Shown: piece after piece, positions 11,542 through 21,267 of the stretch
How the letters are laid out: every line of letters starts with the position of its first letter
Position numbering within the stretch: position 1 is the stretch's first letter
Source of the DNA: an uncultured Gemmatimonadaceae bacterium
Lineage (GTDB): Bacteria > Gemmatimonadota > Gemmatimonadetes > Gemmatimonadales > Gemmatimonadaceae
DNA: 64,000 nt
Assembly: GCA_963781585.1 (NCBI GenBank)
Contig: CAWAGQ010000004.1
Span: 704,001 to 768,000 of the forward strand
Direction: 5' to 3'
Translations under genes and position numbers: made by a program
Notes under the pieces: model-generated
Told to the model about the DNA's origin: nothing
Seen by the model: only the letters and a program-made list of their open reading frames with translations
Databases searched by the model: none

Positions 11542-12841
11542 GGATGGAATCGAACAGGCGGGTGGCGAGTTGGGCGCGGGTCGTGATGAGGGCGATCACC
11601 AGCGCCAGCAGTCGCACCCGCTCCATGTCCTCCTCCACGAACACCCCGCGTTTGGCGCGGTTGGTAAGGTTGACGACGCCAAGCAGCTCGTCGTGGTAGA
11701 TGAGCGGGAAGCTGATGAACGAGCCGGTCGTCAGGTACTCGTCTCGAAGGAGCGGATGGGTGACTCCGTCAGCCACGTCCTGCACCAGGAGAGGCTCACG
11801 GGTGCTGGCGACGATCCCGGCAACGCCTTTGCCGAAACGCGTCCGTTGCCCCATCTGCACGTGGGGGAGCAGACCTCGCGCCGCCGCCAGAAAGAGCGAA
11901 TCCGGTTCGGGCGCGCGCAGCATGAGCGAGCACCGCTGCGCCTGCATGTCGTCGCCGACCAGGGCCAGCAGGCCGTCGACGAGCGGGGCGGGCTCCCCCG
12001 TCGTGTTGTCGAGGGTGAGGGCGCGCTCGATGAGGTAGAGCGTACGCGTCTTCTGGCGCAGCGCCTCATGACGCCGGTGCAGTTCGATGTGGGCCTGTTC
12101 GAGCTGGCCGATCGCCGCCGTGAGCTGGTGCTCGAGCGACTGCGCCCGGTGCGCCGCGCGTCGCGCATCCTCTTCGGCGCGGGCCATGCTGTGCTCGAGC
12201 TGGAGCAACCGCGCGGTCTCGTGCACGCCCGAATGGGTCACCGCATCACGAGCGCGCGCGAGTTCGTTCTCCATCTCGCCGAGCTTCTTGAGGTAGTCGC
12301 CGTGCACACGCTGGGTGATGTCCTCGAGCGTCCGCACCGCTTCGGCGCGCGCCTCGCGGTCGGCAAACCGGGCGAATGCCAGATCGAACAGCGCCGCGTC
12401 GGGGGCGAAGCGTTCGCTGGTGCGGGTGCCGAACATCTTCCGCTGTTCGTACAGGGCCAGCACGGAGGTCAGCGCGCCGTCTGTCGACAGCCCGCGCAAC
12501 GAGAGGATGCCGCCGTCGGCGAATGGTGAAAGCCCCAGCAACCCCGCGTACTCGGCGGAGCGATCCCCGAGGTCGACGAACTGACCGCCGGCGGAGACGA
12601 GCGTCCGGATGGAGGGCGGCAGATGATCGAACGTGGTGTCCACCGGAGCGCGCTCTACCCGGTCGCCGATCGGGGTCAGTCGTTCCCGGAGCATCTCCCG
12701 GCGTCCATCGTAGCGCAGCAGACCGAGGACGGCGGAGCGGTCGCTGTCAGCGAGCGCTTCGCCGAGGGCCACGAGTGCCGCGTCGAGGTCCGGTGAGACT
12801 GCCAGCGCGTGCGCGAGCGATGGGAGAGAGCGGGTAGCCAC
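11531..12841 (-). CDS. GAF domain protein (GAF-like, coiled coil, GAF) with no output domain
   Basis: C-terminal GAF (RCSLML...GKGVAGIVA...SFISFPL...LGVVNLTN) and a central heptad-rich helix. Start taken as GTG 12841; the longer ORF runs through the divergent promoter region. Confidence 0.8.
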   Translation of the reverse strand: MATRSLPSLAHALAVSPDLDAALVALGEALADSDRSAVLGLLRYDGRREMLRERLTPIGDRVERAPVDTTFDHLPPSIRTLVSAGGQFVDLGDRSAEYAGLLGLSPFADGGILSLRGLSTDGALTSVLALYEQRKMFGTRTSERFAPDAALFDLAFARFADREARAEAVRTLEDITQRVHGDYLKKLGEMENELARARDAVTHSGVHETARLLQLEHSMARAEEDARRAAHRAQSLEHQLTAAIGQLEQAHIELHRRHEALRQKTRTLYLIERALTLDNTTGEPAPLVDGLLALVGDDMQAQRCSLMLRAPEPDSLFLAAARGLLPHVQMGQRTRFGKGVAGIVASTREPLLVQDVADGVTHPLLRDEYLTTGSFISFPLIYHDELLGVVNLTNRAKRGVFVEEDMERVRLLALVIALITTRAQLATRLFDSIHAA

Positions 12842-12973
12842 TACGCGTTGGAGGACAGAGGTCGAAGGTCGGATCGGCGGAAAGGAAGCGCCCCCGGCGG
12901 CTCGCACCTCCGTCTCCGGGTTCGAACCGATTCCCGACTGCCGGTCTCCGGGCTGGACATTATGTGGAGCAGG

Positions 12974-13003
12974 AATGTGGGCGCGTACGTGAAGCCATGT
13001 CAA
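12974..13003 (-). promoter_or_regulatory. Putative sigma70 promoter for GAF-trpD (TTGACA-N18-CACATT)
   Basis: Perfect TTGACA on the minus strand at 12998-13003; weaker -10. Confidence 0.45.
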
Positions 13004-13028
13004 TCGTTTCCGTGTGCTCACGCGTTGC

Positions 13029-13056
13029 TTGACTTGAACTGGCGGCGGGCTAATTT
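13029..13056 (+). promoter_or_regulatory. Putative promoter of the truA operon (TTGACT-N16-TAATTT)
   Basis: -10 lies 8 nt before the truA ATG with no SD, suggesting a near-leaderless transcript. Confidence 0.5.
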
Positions 13057-13064
13057 CCGAGTCG

Positions 13065-13841
13065 ATGACGGCGCGCACCGTGCAGCTGGTGCTGCACTAC
13101 GACGGCACCGACTTCGCGGGTTGGCAGCGACAACCGAATGAGCGGACCGTCCAGGGCGAACTGGAGCGCGTGCTCGCCGATCTCTGCGGACAACGGATCG
13201 TGGCGCAAGGGGCCGGCCGCACCGACGCGGGCGTTCACGCGCGCGGGCAGGCGGTCGGTGTACGGGTGTCTGACAAGTGGTGTGCGGCGCCGCTGCGCCG
13301 CGCGGTCAATGCACTCCTGCCCAGGGACGTGTGGGTCGCGGCGGCGTACGACATGCGCCCCGAGTTCCATGCACGCTTCAGCGCTACCTCCCGTCGCTAT
13401 GTCTATCACGTGGGAACAGACGAGGACGCGCGGTCTCCCTTTCGGCGTCGCACCGAATGGGCGTACCGACGTCCGGTGTCGCGCGCCTCACTGGACGAAT
13501 CGGCGGCGCGGATCGTGGGCAACCACTGTTTCGTGGCGTTCGCGGCGCGTGGGACGGCACCGCCCACCGATGCCCACCGATGCACGGTGTTCGAGGCCGC
13601 GTGGCGCGACCGCCCCGGCGGCATCAGTCTGCAGATCGAGGCGAACCGCTTTCTGCACCACATGGTGCGCTTCCTCGTTGGCACGATGCTGGAGGTGGCC
13701 AGCGGGCGCCGCGATCCGGACACGGTGGCGCGTCTCCTCGAGGCCGTTACCAACGATGAGGTCTCACCCCCGGCTCCGGCGCACGCGCTCGTGCTGGAGC
13801 GGGTCACCTACCCTGCGGCGCTGTATCTGAGCCCGGCATGA
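13065..13841 (+). CDS. truA: tRNA pseudouridine(38-40) synthase
   Basis: YDGTDFAGWQRQ, GAGRTDAGVHA, FHARFSA, ANRFLHHMVR. Confidence 0.97.
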   Translation: MTARTVQLVLHYDGTDFAGWQRQPNERTVQGELERVLADLCGQRIVAQGAGRTDAGVHARGQAVGVRVSDKWCAAPLRRAVNALLPRDVWVAAAYDMRPEFHARFSATSRRYVYHVGTDEDARSPFRRRTEWAYRRPVSRASLDESAARIVGNHCFVAFAARGTAPPTDAHRCTVFEAAWRDRPGGISLQIEANRFLHHMVRFLVGTMLEVASGRRDPDTVARLLEAVTNDEVSPPAPAHALVLERVTYPAALYLSPA

Positions 13842-14491
13842 AGATCTTTCTCGCCAGTGCTTCATTCGACGACGTGCGATGGGCGGCGTCGTGTGGATTC
13901 CTCGACGGCGTGCTGGTCAGTCCCTCTTTGATGGAAGGCGAGGAGGAGGGGGCGACCGCACGCGCGCTCGAGATTGCGCGCCTGTTCGCCTGTCCGGTGA
14001 TCCTGTCCCTGGGGTCGCACGACGCCGAGGATCTGTATCGGGAGGCACGGGCACTGGCACACAATACGGACGAAGTCATCCTGGAATTTCCGCTCGCAGC
14101 CGACACGGTCGAGGGGCTGCATCGCGCGATGAGCGACGGCATGCAAGTGGCGGCGAGCATGGTGTTCACGTCGGCACAGGCGCTGCTGGCCGCGAAGGCC
14201 GGCGCGTCGGCGGTGCTCGTGCACATGCGTGCCCTCGAGGCCCAGGGCCAGAATGCCACCACCGCCCTGGGGGAGATGCGGGCGATCTTCGATGTGCACC
14301 GTCTTGAATGCGAGATCGTCGCGGTGACGCCGGGCAGCGCGGGACAGGTTGCGGCGTGCGCAGCATCGGGCGTGGACGCCGTGGTGCTCGAGCCGTCGGT
14401 TCTGCGCGACCTGCTGCTGCATCCGCTCGCCGACCGCACTCTGGACGCGCTGCTGCAGGCGGGCCCCGGGGTTCGCGCGAGGGCGGTGTGA
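13838..14491 (+). CDS. Transaldolase/fructose-6-phosphate aldolase-family homolog with degenerate active site
   Basis: Fold-family pattern MKIFL...DGV..PSL...QALLAAKAGA...LLLHPL is retained, but DTA, TTNP and VKIP are replaced by ASA, LVSP and LEFP. Confidence 0.85.
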   Translation: MKIFLASASFDDVRWAASCGFLDGVLVSPSLMEGEEEGATARALEIARLFACPVILSLGSHDAEDLYREARALAHNTDEVILEFPLAADTVEGLHRAMSDGMQVAASMVFTSAQALLAAKAGASAVLVHMRALEAQGQNATTALGEMRAIFDVHRLECEIVAVTPGSAGQVAACAASGVDAVVLEPSVLRDLLLHPLADRTLDALLQAGPGVRARAV

Positions 14492-16041
14492 TGACGGAAA
14501 AGGCCGTAGGTCATGGACCAAGGGTCATGGGCCAGAGTCCGAAGGCCGGAGGCACGAGACCAACGGCCAGAGGCCGAACGGCACAGGCCAAAGGTCATAG
14601 ACAACAGGCCACAGTCCACACGTCGCAGGCCATCGGCCTTGCGATGTCCCTTGCGGTGGCGGGGTCGCTCTGCGGCTGCGGGAGCAGCGGGCCGCGCGAC
14701 TCGCACGCCGAAACGCTGACGCCGCCGCCGGCGCAGACCAGCGCGTCGGTCGGCGCCTCGCGGCAAACAGCCATCACCGCGGCCGTGGCGCGGGTGGCGC
14801 CGTCGGTGGTGACGGTGCAGACGGAGACGGTGGAACAGGTGCCGATGGACTTCTGGGAGGGGTTTTTCGGCGGGCGGTCCGGCCAGCGTCTGGCGCCGGG
14901 GATGGGGACGGGTTTCGTCATCCGCCCCGACGGCGTGATCCTCACCAACGCCCACGTGGTGAGCGGGGCGACCAAGGTGTCGGTGATGATGCGCGACGGC
15001 ACCACCTATCCGGCGACGGTGCTGGGCAAGGACGAGACCAACGACCTGGCGGTGGTGAAAGTCGATGCGAAGAACATGCCGACCGCGCCGTTAGGCACGT
15101 CGGCCGATCTGATCATCGGCGAATGGGCGATCGCGATCGGCAATCCGTTCGGCTTTGTTCTCGGCAACACCGAGCCGTCGGTCACCGCCGGCGTGATCAG
15201 CGCGACCGGACGCAACCTGATCGGGCAGCAGGAAGGGGGCGGCCTGTACGTGGACATGATCCAGACCGACGCGTCGATCAACCCGGGCAATTCGGGCGGC
15301 CCGCTGGTGAATGCCGAGGGCCAGGTGATCGGGGTCAACAGCTCGATCTACACCCCCACCTCGAACGGGGGTTCGGTGGGCATCGGCTTCGCCATTCCGA
15401 TCGATCGGGCGAAGCGGGTGGCCGACGACCTCATCGAGCACGGCGAAGTCCGTCATCCCTGGGTCGGGGAGCTACTCCAGCAACCGGTGTCGTCGAATCC
15501 GCGCGACGTGGTCACCGCGGGGGTGAAGGTCCGGGCGGTGGTCCCCGACTCGCCGGCGCAAAAGGCCGGACTCCGTGCCGGCGACGAGATCGTTCAGGCG
15601 CACGGCCGGACCCTGCATAACGTGTTCGACTGGGAAGCCGCGCGGCTGACGATGCAGGTTGGAGAGAACGTGCCACTGGTGATCCGGCGCGGCGGACGCG
15701 AGGTCACGCTCACGGTCACGGTGGCCGATCGCCCCGAGGTGAGCGCCCCGAAGCTGACGGTGTTGCGCGAAATCGAGCTCACGGACCTGACGCCCGCGAT
15801 CCGGGCCGAGCGGGGCATCCGGAGCGGCCAGGGCGCGCTGGTGACCAGGGTGAGCGATCGGGTGCGCGACGAGATCGGCATCGATGTCGGCGATCTGATC
15901 TTCCAGATCAACGGCACGCCGGTAACCAGCGCGGCTGGCGTGAAGCGCGCGCTCGATTTCTACGCCGGGCGGCAGGGGATCCGGATGTTGTTCGAGCGCG
16001 GGGGCGTGGCGTACCCCACACCCGACTTCGTCATCCGGTGA
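14491..16041 (+). CDS. HtrA/DegP-family serine protease with PDZ domains, probable lipoprotein
   Basis: Triad motifs LTNAHVV, NDLAVVK and INPGNSGG; two PDZ-like regions; lipobox-like SLCGC. Start is 14491 (coupled to the upstream stop) or 14644. Confidence 0.93.
   Translation: MTEKAVGHGPRVMGQSPKAGGTRPTARGRTAQAKGHRQQATVHTSQAIGLAMSLAVAGSLCGCGSSGPRDSHAETLTPPPAQTSASVGASRQTAITAAVARVAPSVVTVQTETVEQVPMDFWEGFFGGRSGQRLAPGMGTGFVIRPDGVILTNAHVVSGATKVSVMMRDGTTYPATVLGKDETNDLAVVKVDAKNMPTAPLGTSADLIIGEWAIAIGNPFGFVLGNTEPSVTAGVISATGRNLIGQQEGGGLYVDMIQTDASINPGNSGGPLVNAEGQVIGVNSSIYTPTSNGGSVGIGFAIPIDRAKRVADDLIEHGEVRHPWVGELLQQPVSSNPRDVVTAGVKVRAVVPDSPAQKAGLRAGDEIVQAHGRTLHNVFDWEAARLTMQVGENVPLVIRRGGREVTLTVTVADRPEVSAPKLTVLREIELTDLTPAIRAERGIRSGQGALVTRVSDRVRDEIGIDVGDLIFQINGTPVTSAAGVKRALDFYAGRQGIRMLFERGGVAYPTPDFVIR
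14502..14620 (+). repeat. Degenerate heptamer tandem array, 17 units, consensus about GGYCANA
   Basis: ggccgta|ggtcatg|gaccaag|ggtcatg|ggccaga|gtccgaa|ggccgga|ggcacga|gaccaac|ggccaga|ggccgaa|cggcaca|ggccaaa|ggtcata|gacaaca|ggccaca|gtccaca. Confidence 0.85.
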
Positions 16042-17477
16042 CGTCGCGCTCCGTGTACTCCTCGCCGCTCGCCGAGCGCTACGCGTCGCGAGCGATGCTT
16101 GAGTTGTGGTCGCCCGACCGCAGGCATGGACTGTGGCGGCGACTCTGGCTGGCGCTGGCTGAGGGTGAGCAGGCGCTGGGGGTGCCGATTCCAGGCGAGG
16201 CACTGGCGCAGATGCGTGCCCACCTCGACGACATCGACTACGAAGCGGTGGCTGGCTATGAGCGGCGGCTGCGCCACGACGTCATGGCGCACGTGAAGGC
16301 GTTCGGGGACCTCGCGCCGGCGGCAGCGCCGTTCATCCATCTGGGCGCCACCAGCGCGTTCGTGACCGACAACGCCGACCTGGTGCTGATGCGAGAGGCG
16401 CTTGGCCTTCTGCGACACCGCGTGATCGACACGCTTCGCATCCTCGACGCGTTCGCACGGCGCTGGCGTGCGGAACCCACGCTCGGATACACGCACCTGC
16501 AGCCGGCGCAGCTCACCACGGTGGGGAAGCGCGCCACCCTGTGGATGCAGGACCTGGTGCTCGACCTGACCGATCTCGACCATCGGGTGGCGACGATGCC
16601 GCTGCGGGGCGTGAAGGGGACCACCGGCACCCAGGCGAGCTTTCTGGAGCTCTTTGGCGGCAACCACGCCAGGGTCCGCGAGCTGGACGCGCGCGTCACC
16701 TCGGCAATGGGGTTTCCGCGCAGCGTGCCGGCATCGGGCCAGACCTACACACGCAAGGTGGACGCACAGGTGTTGTGCGTGGTTGCGGGAATAGCCGCGA
16801 GTGCGGCGAAGTTCAGCGGCGATGTGCGCATGCTGCAGGCGTTCGGCGAGATGAGCGAGCCATTCGAGACCGACCAGGTGGGTTCGTCGGCGATGGCCTA
16901 CAAACGCAATCCGATGCGCAGCGAGCGCATCGCGTCGCTGTCCCGGTTCGTGTGTACGCTCGAAGCCAATGCCAATCAGACCCTCAGCGTGCAGTTCTTC
17001 GAACGGACCCTGGACGACAGCGCCAACCGCCGTCTGATTCTGCCCGAGGCGTTCCTGGCCACCGACGCGGTCCTGCTGCTCATGTGCAGCGTGGTCGAAG
17101 GGCTGGAGGTTCACCGGGCGCGCATTCGGCAGCGCATCATGGACGAGTTGCCATTCATGGCCACCGAAGCGTTGTTGGTGCGTGCCGTGCAGGCGGGCGG
17201 CGATCGCCAGACGGCGCACGAGATCATCAGACGGCACAGCCTGGCGGCGGTGGCCGCCATGCGGAACGACGGTGTGGCCAACGACATGCTGGAGCGCCTG
17301 GCGGGCGACCCGGCCTTCCCGGCCGGACTCGACGACTTGCGCTCCACGACGGATCCGGCGCGCTTCTACGGCCGGGCCCCGGAACAGGTGGATGAATTCC
17401 TCGTGGAAGTGATCGAACCCATTCTCAGCAGCGCGACGCGCGGCACCTACGACGACAGGGAGAGACCTCAGGTATGA
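16038..17477 (+). CDS. purB: Adenylosuccinate lyase
   Basis: [48 protein letters not shown]. Confidence 0.97.
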   Translation: MTSRSVYSSPLAERYASRAMLELWSPDRRHGLWRRLWLALAEGEQALGVPIPGEALAQMRAHLDDIDYEAVAGYERRLRHDVMAHVKAFGDLAPAAAPFIHLGATSAFVTDNADLVLMREALGLLRHRVIDTLRILDAFARRWRAEPTLGYTHLQPAQLTTVGKRATLWMQDLVLDLTDLDHRVATMPLRGVKGTTGTQASFLELFGGNHARVRELDARVTSAMGFPRSVPASGQTYTRKVDAQVLCVVAGIAASAAKFSGDVRMLQAFGEMSEPFETDQVGSSAMAYKRNPMRSERIASLSRFVCTLEANANQTLSVQFFERTLDDSANRRLILPEAFLATDAVLLLMCSVVEGLEVHRARIRQRIMDELPFMATEALLVRAVQAGGDRQTAHEIIRRHSLAAVAAMRNDGVANDMLERLAGDPAFPAGLDDLRSTTDPARFYGRAPEQVDEFLVEVIEPILSSATRGTYDDRERPQV

Positions 17478-18397
17478 CACCAGTGACTGCTACGCGACTC
17501 CCATTGAAACTCTTTCGGCGCGGCAAGGTCCGCGACGTCTACCATGTCGATGACACGCGGCTGCTGGTGGTGGCCACCGACCGGGTCTCGGCGTTCGACG
17601 TCGTGATGCGCGAGGCGGTGCCGCACAAGGGCGCCGTGCTCACGCAGCTCTCCGCCTGGTGGTTTCGCCAGCTGAATGGCAGCGTCGCGCACCACATGAT
17701 CACCGCCGACGCCGACGAAATCGTCGATGATCTGCCGAGTCTGGCCGGCGCGCGTGAGCTGCTCGACGGGCGCGCCATGCTCTGCCAGCGTACCTCCGTC
17801 TTCCCGGTGGAGTGCGTGGTGCGTGGCTTTCTCGCCGGCTCGGCGTGGAAGGAGTATCGCACCACCGGCACGTTGGCGGGTGAGCGGCTGTCCACCGGCC
17901 TCCAGGAAAGCGACCGCCTCACACCGGCGCTGTTCAGTCCGGCCACCAAGGCCGAGTCGGGCCACGACGAGAACATCACCATCGACCGGATGGCCGAGAT
18001 CGTAGGCGCCGACACCGCTGCGAGACTGGAGCAGCTGTCGCGGCGCGTCTACGAGTTCGGATGCACCACGGCCGAACCGCGGGGCATTATTATCGCCGAC
18101 ACCAAATTCGAGTTCGGGTCGGCAGGGGATCGCATCCTTCTCGTTGACGAGGTGCTGACCCCCGACAGCTCGCGGTTCTGGGCGGCGAATGAATACCGGC
18201 CCGGGCGCACACAGCCGAGCTTCGACAAGCAGCCGCTGCGAGACTACCTCGACGGCGAACGACTGGCCGGCCGCTGGAACGGTGACGCCCCGCCGCCTCC
18301 CCTTCCCGAAGAGGTCGTGGCCGCCACCAGCGCGCGGTACCTTGATGCGTATCGTCGGCTGACCGGGTCACCGCTGGCCGTCAACGCCACCGCATGA
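17474..18397 (+). CDS. purC: SAICAR synthase
   Basis: [49 protein letters not shown]. Confidence 0.97.
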   Translation: MTPVTATRLPLKLFRRGKVRDVYHVDDTRLLVVATDRVSAFDVVMREAVPHKGAVLTQLSAWWFRQLNGSVAHHMITADADEIVDDLPSLAGARELLDGRAMLCQRTSVFPVECVVRGFLAGSAWKEYRTTGTLAGERLSTGLQESDRLTPALFSPATKAESGHDENITIDRMAEIVGADTAARLEQLSRRVYEFGCTTAEPRGIIIADTKFEFGSAGDRILLVDEVLTPDSSRFWAANEYRPGRTQPSFDKQPLRDYLDGERLAGRWNGDAPPPPLPEEVVAATSARYLDAYRRLTGSPLAVNATA

Positions 18398-19047
18398 ACT
18401 TCGCACGTGAGGGATTCGTCTTCATCGTGGTGGCGGCCGTGCTGGCCGCGGCCGCCTTCGTCCTCGCGCTCAACATGCGCTCGTGGGGCCTGTGGCTCGT
18501 AGCCCTCGGGCTCACCGTCGTCACGTTGTGGGTCGCGTACTTCTTTCGCGATCCGGAGCGGAGCGGCGCACGAGGAGCGGGGCTGGTCATCGCCCCGGCC
18601 GACGGCCGGGTGGTCATGATCACTACGGTGGACGAACCGTCATTTCTGCAGGAACCGGCGCAGCGGATTTCGATCTTCATGAACGTCTTCAACGTGCACG
18701 TGAACCGGTACCCGGTGACTGGCATGATCCGCTATGTCCAGTACAACCCGGGCAAGTTCCTGAACGCCGCTTCGGAGAAGTCGAGCCTCGAGAACGAGCA
18801 GCGGTCGGTGGGCATCGAGTCCGGCCTCCGCCGCATTCTCGTGCGCCAGATTGCCGGACTGATCGCGCGACGCGTCGTCACGTACAGCCACGAAGGCGAG
18901 CACGTTGTACAGGGCGATCGGATGGGGATCATCCGATTCGGCTCGCGCGTGGACGTGTTCGTCCCGGTCGACACCGAGGTCACAGTTCGGGTTGGTCAGA
19001 GCACCTTCGCCGGGGTCACGGTGCTCGGCACGTTACCGGAGAGCTGA
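18394..19047 (+). CDS. psd: Phosphatidylserine decarboxylase proenzyme
   Basis: [44 protein letters not shown] (pyruvoyl GS site). Confidence 0.95.
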   Translation: MNFAREGFVFIVVAAVLAAAAFVLALNMRSWGLWLVALGLTVVTLWVAYFFRDPERSGARGAGLVIAPADGRVVMITTVDEPSFLQEPAQRISIFMNVFNVHVNRYPVTGMIRYVQYNPGKFLNAASEKSSLENEQRSVGIESGLRRILVRQIAGLIARRVVTYSHEGEHVVQGDRMGIIRFGSRVDVFVPVDTEVTVRVGQSTFAGVTVLGTLPES

Positions 19048-19946
19048 TGGCAGGCGACGATCGGGTCGGTCTGGGCCGCACCATCGTGCAGCTTCCGAAC
19101 GGGTTCACGCTGGCGAACCTGTTCTTCGGCGTGTTCGCCATCGTCGCCGCATCGCGCGGCGACCCGTCGCGCGCGGGCGCGTACATCGTCTTCGGAGGCA
19201 TCGCCGACGGCCTCGACGGGCGAGTGGCTCGAGCTACCCGCACCGGCAGCCGGTTCGGCGCCGAGCTGGACTCGCTGGTCGACGCCATCTCGTTCGGACT
19301 GGCTCCGGCGATGATCATGTACTTCGCCGTGCTGAACCAGTCGGGGTGGGATTGGATTCTGTGCTTTCTGTATACGATGTGCGCGGTGATCCGGCTCGCG
19401 CGCTTCAACATCGAGCAGGCGGGGCGCGCGAAGACGTTCTTCAACGGACTGCCGACCCCGGCCGCGGGTCTCACACTGGCGACATACTACTGGTTCAGCC
19501 AGACGCCGTTGTACCAGGAGACGGTGCTGGTCGACCTGCCGTGGCATCAGTTGTTGCGCTACCTGATGATGGGACTGGCGTTCCTGATGATCAGCAACGT
19601 GAAGTACGCGGCGGTGCCGACGATCGGGTATCGCACGCTGCGCGAGATCTTCGGATCGCTGGTGGTGGTGGCGGCCGTGGTTGGCGTGATTCTTCTCCCT
19701 CGGCAGTTCTTCTTTCCGGCGTTGCTTGCGTACGTGGTGTGGGGCGTGGTGCGGACGTTCTTCGTCGGATTGCTGGCGCGGCTGCCGGGCGCCGAATACG
19801 AAGACGCCACCCTTCTGCACAACCCGGCCGACGACGCGAGCGCGCAGGGAGACGGCGCGGGGCCGAGGCGGCGACGGCGCCGGCGACGGGTGCGTGGCGC
19901 GCGGCATCAGCCTCCCCAGAATCCGATGGAGGACCCTCGCGCATGA
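19047..19946 (+). CDS. pssA: CDP-diacylglycerol--serine O-phosphatidyltransferase (type II)
   Basis: LPNGFTLAN, CDP-alcohol motif DGLDGRVAR...FGAELDSLVD, RLARFN, FNGLPTP; ATG 19047 overlaps the psd stop. Confidence 0.93.
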   Translation: MAGDDRVGLGRTIVQLPNGFTLANLFFGVFAIVAASRGDPSRAGAYIVFGGIADGLDGRVARATRTGSRFGAELDSLVDAISFGLAPAMIMYFAVLNQSGWDWILCFLYTMCAVIRLARFNIEQAGRAKTFFNGLPTPAAGLTLATYYWFSQTPLYQETVLVDLPWHQLLRYLMMGLAFLMISNVKYAAVPTIGYRTLREIFGSLVVVAAVVGVILLPRQFFFPALLAYVVWGVVRTFFVGLLARLPGAEYEDATLLHNPADDASAQGDGAGPRRRRRRRRVRGARHQPPQNPMEDPRA

Positions 19947-20200
19947 CGCGCTTTCGTGTCGCTGTCCACATCGTGCCCCGACGTGGCGTGCTGGACCCGC
20001 AAGGCAAGGCGGTCGCCGATGCATTGCACGCGCTGGGATTCGGGGCGGTGCGCGAGGTGCGCGTGGGACGGCACCTGGTGATCGATGCCGACGCCGCCGA
20101 GCCGACGGCCGCCGAGCGCGCGGTGCGCGAGATGTGCGACAAGCTGCTGGCCAACCCTGTGACCGAGGACTACGAGATCGCCGGAGTGACGCCCGCGTGA
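19943..20200 (+). CDS. purS: FGAM synthase subunit PurS
   Basis: VLDPQGKAV...VRVGR...MCDKLLANPVTEDY; ATG 19943. Confidence 0.95.
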   Translation: MTRFRVAVHIVPRRGVLDPQGKAVADALHALGFGAVREVRVGRHLVIDADAAEPTAAERAVREMCDKLLANPVTEDYEIAGVTPA

Positions 20201-20889
20201 AATTCGGCATTGTGACCTTCCCGGGTTCCAACTGCGACGACGACACGTACCATGCCGTCGTCGACGCGCTCGGCGCACGCGCGGTACGCCTCTGGCACAA
20301 GGACCACGACCTGCAGGGCGCCGACGTCGTGGTTCTGCCGGGCGGCTTCAGCTACGGTGACTACCTGCGCGCCGGAGCCATTGCGCGGTTCAGTCCAATC
20401 ATGCGCGAGGTGGTCGAGCACGCGCGCCGGGGCGCCCCGGTGGTGGGGATCTGCAATGGCTTCCAGATCCTCTGTGAAGCGCAGCTCCTTCCCGGCGCGC
20501 TGCTGCGCAACGCCAGTCTCCGGTTCGCAAGCCAGTGGGTGTGGGTGCGTACCGAGAACGCCGAGACCCAGTTCACCAACCAGTACCATCGGGGACAACT
20601 GTTGCGACTCCCGATTGCCCACGGCGATGGCCGGTACACCATCGATGCGGATGGGCTGGCGCGGCTGGAAGGCAACGGACAGATCGTCTTCCGCTACGTC
20701 GACGCGACCGGGGAACCGACGGTCGCGGCCAATCCCAACGGCGCGATGGACAACATCGCCGGCATCGTCAATGAAGCGGGGAACGTCATGGCGCTGATGC
20801 CGCATCCGGAGCGGGCGGTGGAAGCCACGCTCGGTTCGACGGACGGATTGCCGCTGTTTGAATCGCTTCTGGCGAGTGTGGCCGCGTGA
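20197..20889 (+). CDS. purQ: FGAM synthase glutaminase subunit
   Basis: FPGSNCD, PGGFSYGDYLR, GICNGFQIL, MPHPER; GTG 20197. Confidence 0.97.
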   Translation: MKFGIVTFPGSNCDDDTYHAVVDALGARAVRLWHKDHDLQGADVVVLPGGFSYGDYLRAGAIARFSPIMREVVEHARRGAPVVGICNGFQILCEAQLLPGALLRNASLRFASQWVWVRTENAETQFTNQYHRGQLLRLPIAHGDGRYTIDADGLARLEGNGQIVFRYVDATGEPTVAANPNGAMDNIAGIVNEAGNVMALMPHPERAVEATLGSTDGLPLFESLLASVAA

Positions 20890-20961
20890 CGCGCCAGCGA
20901 GGCGGCTGTCTGCGGATTCCTGCCGGACCTGACCACGACACCAGACCCCAGACGTGCTGCC

Positions 20962-21267
20962 ATGGATAACGAAAAGCCCAGCCGAAACGAGGACGAATAC
21001 TTCGCCCGCAAGGACGCCGACCTCATTCAGGAGCAACGGGCGCGGCTCGACGCGGAGCGACGTCGCGCCGAGCGCGCGTCCCACTACATGCACTGCCCGA
21101 AGTGTGGCTCGAAGCTGATCGAAACCGAGTTCCACAACATCAAGATCGACAAGTGCCCCGAGTGTTCCGGGGTGTGGTTCGACGGCGGTGAGATCGAGCT
21201 GCTGGAGCACATCGACCAGAGCAGCATCCGCTCGTTGATGCGGTCCACGTTCGGGCTCCGGTGGTGA
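20962..21267 (+). CDS. Small zinc-ribbon protein (zf-TFIIB-like)
   Basis: CPKC...[16 protein letters not shown] preceded by a charged helix (EDEYFARKD). Confidence 0.85.
   Translation: MDNEKPSRNEDEYFARKDADLIQEQRARLDAERRRAERASHYMHCPKCGSKLIETEFHNIKIDKCPECSGVWFDGGEIELLEHIDQSSIRSLMRSTFGLRW

Noticed and set aside
12842..12975. trp attenuator or T-box leader upstream of the GAF-trpD transcript
   Set aside because: I found no Trp-codon leader peptide, T-box consensus or U-tailed terminator.
14502..14620. Heptamer arrays (here and at 57717-57805) as CRISPR arrays
   Set aside because: Units are 7 nt and contiguous, with no 23-47 nt repeats, no unique spacers and no cas genes.
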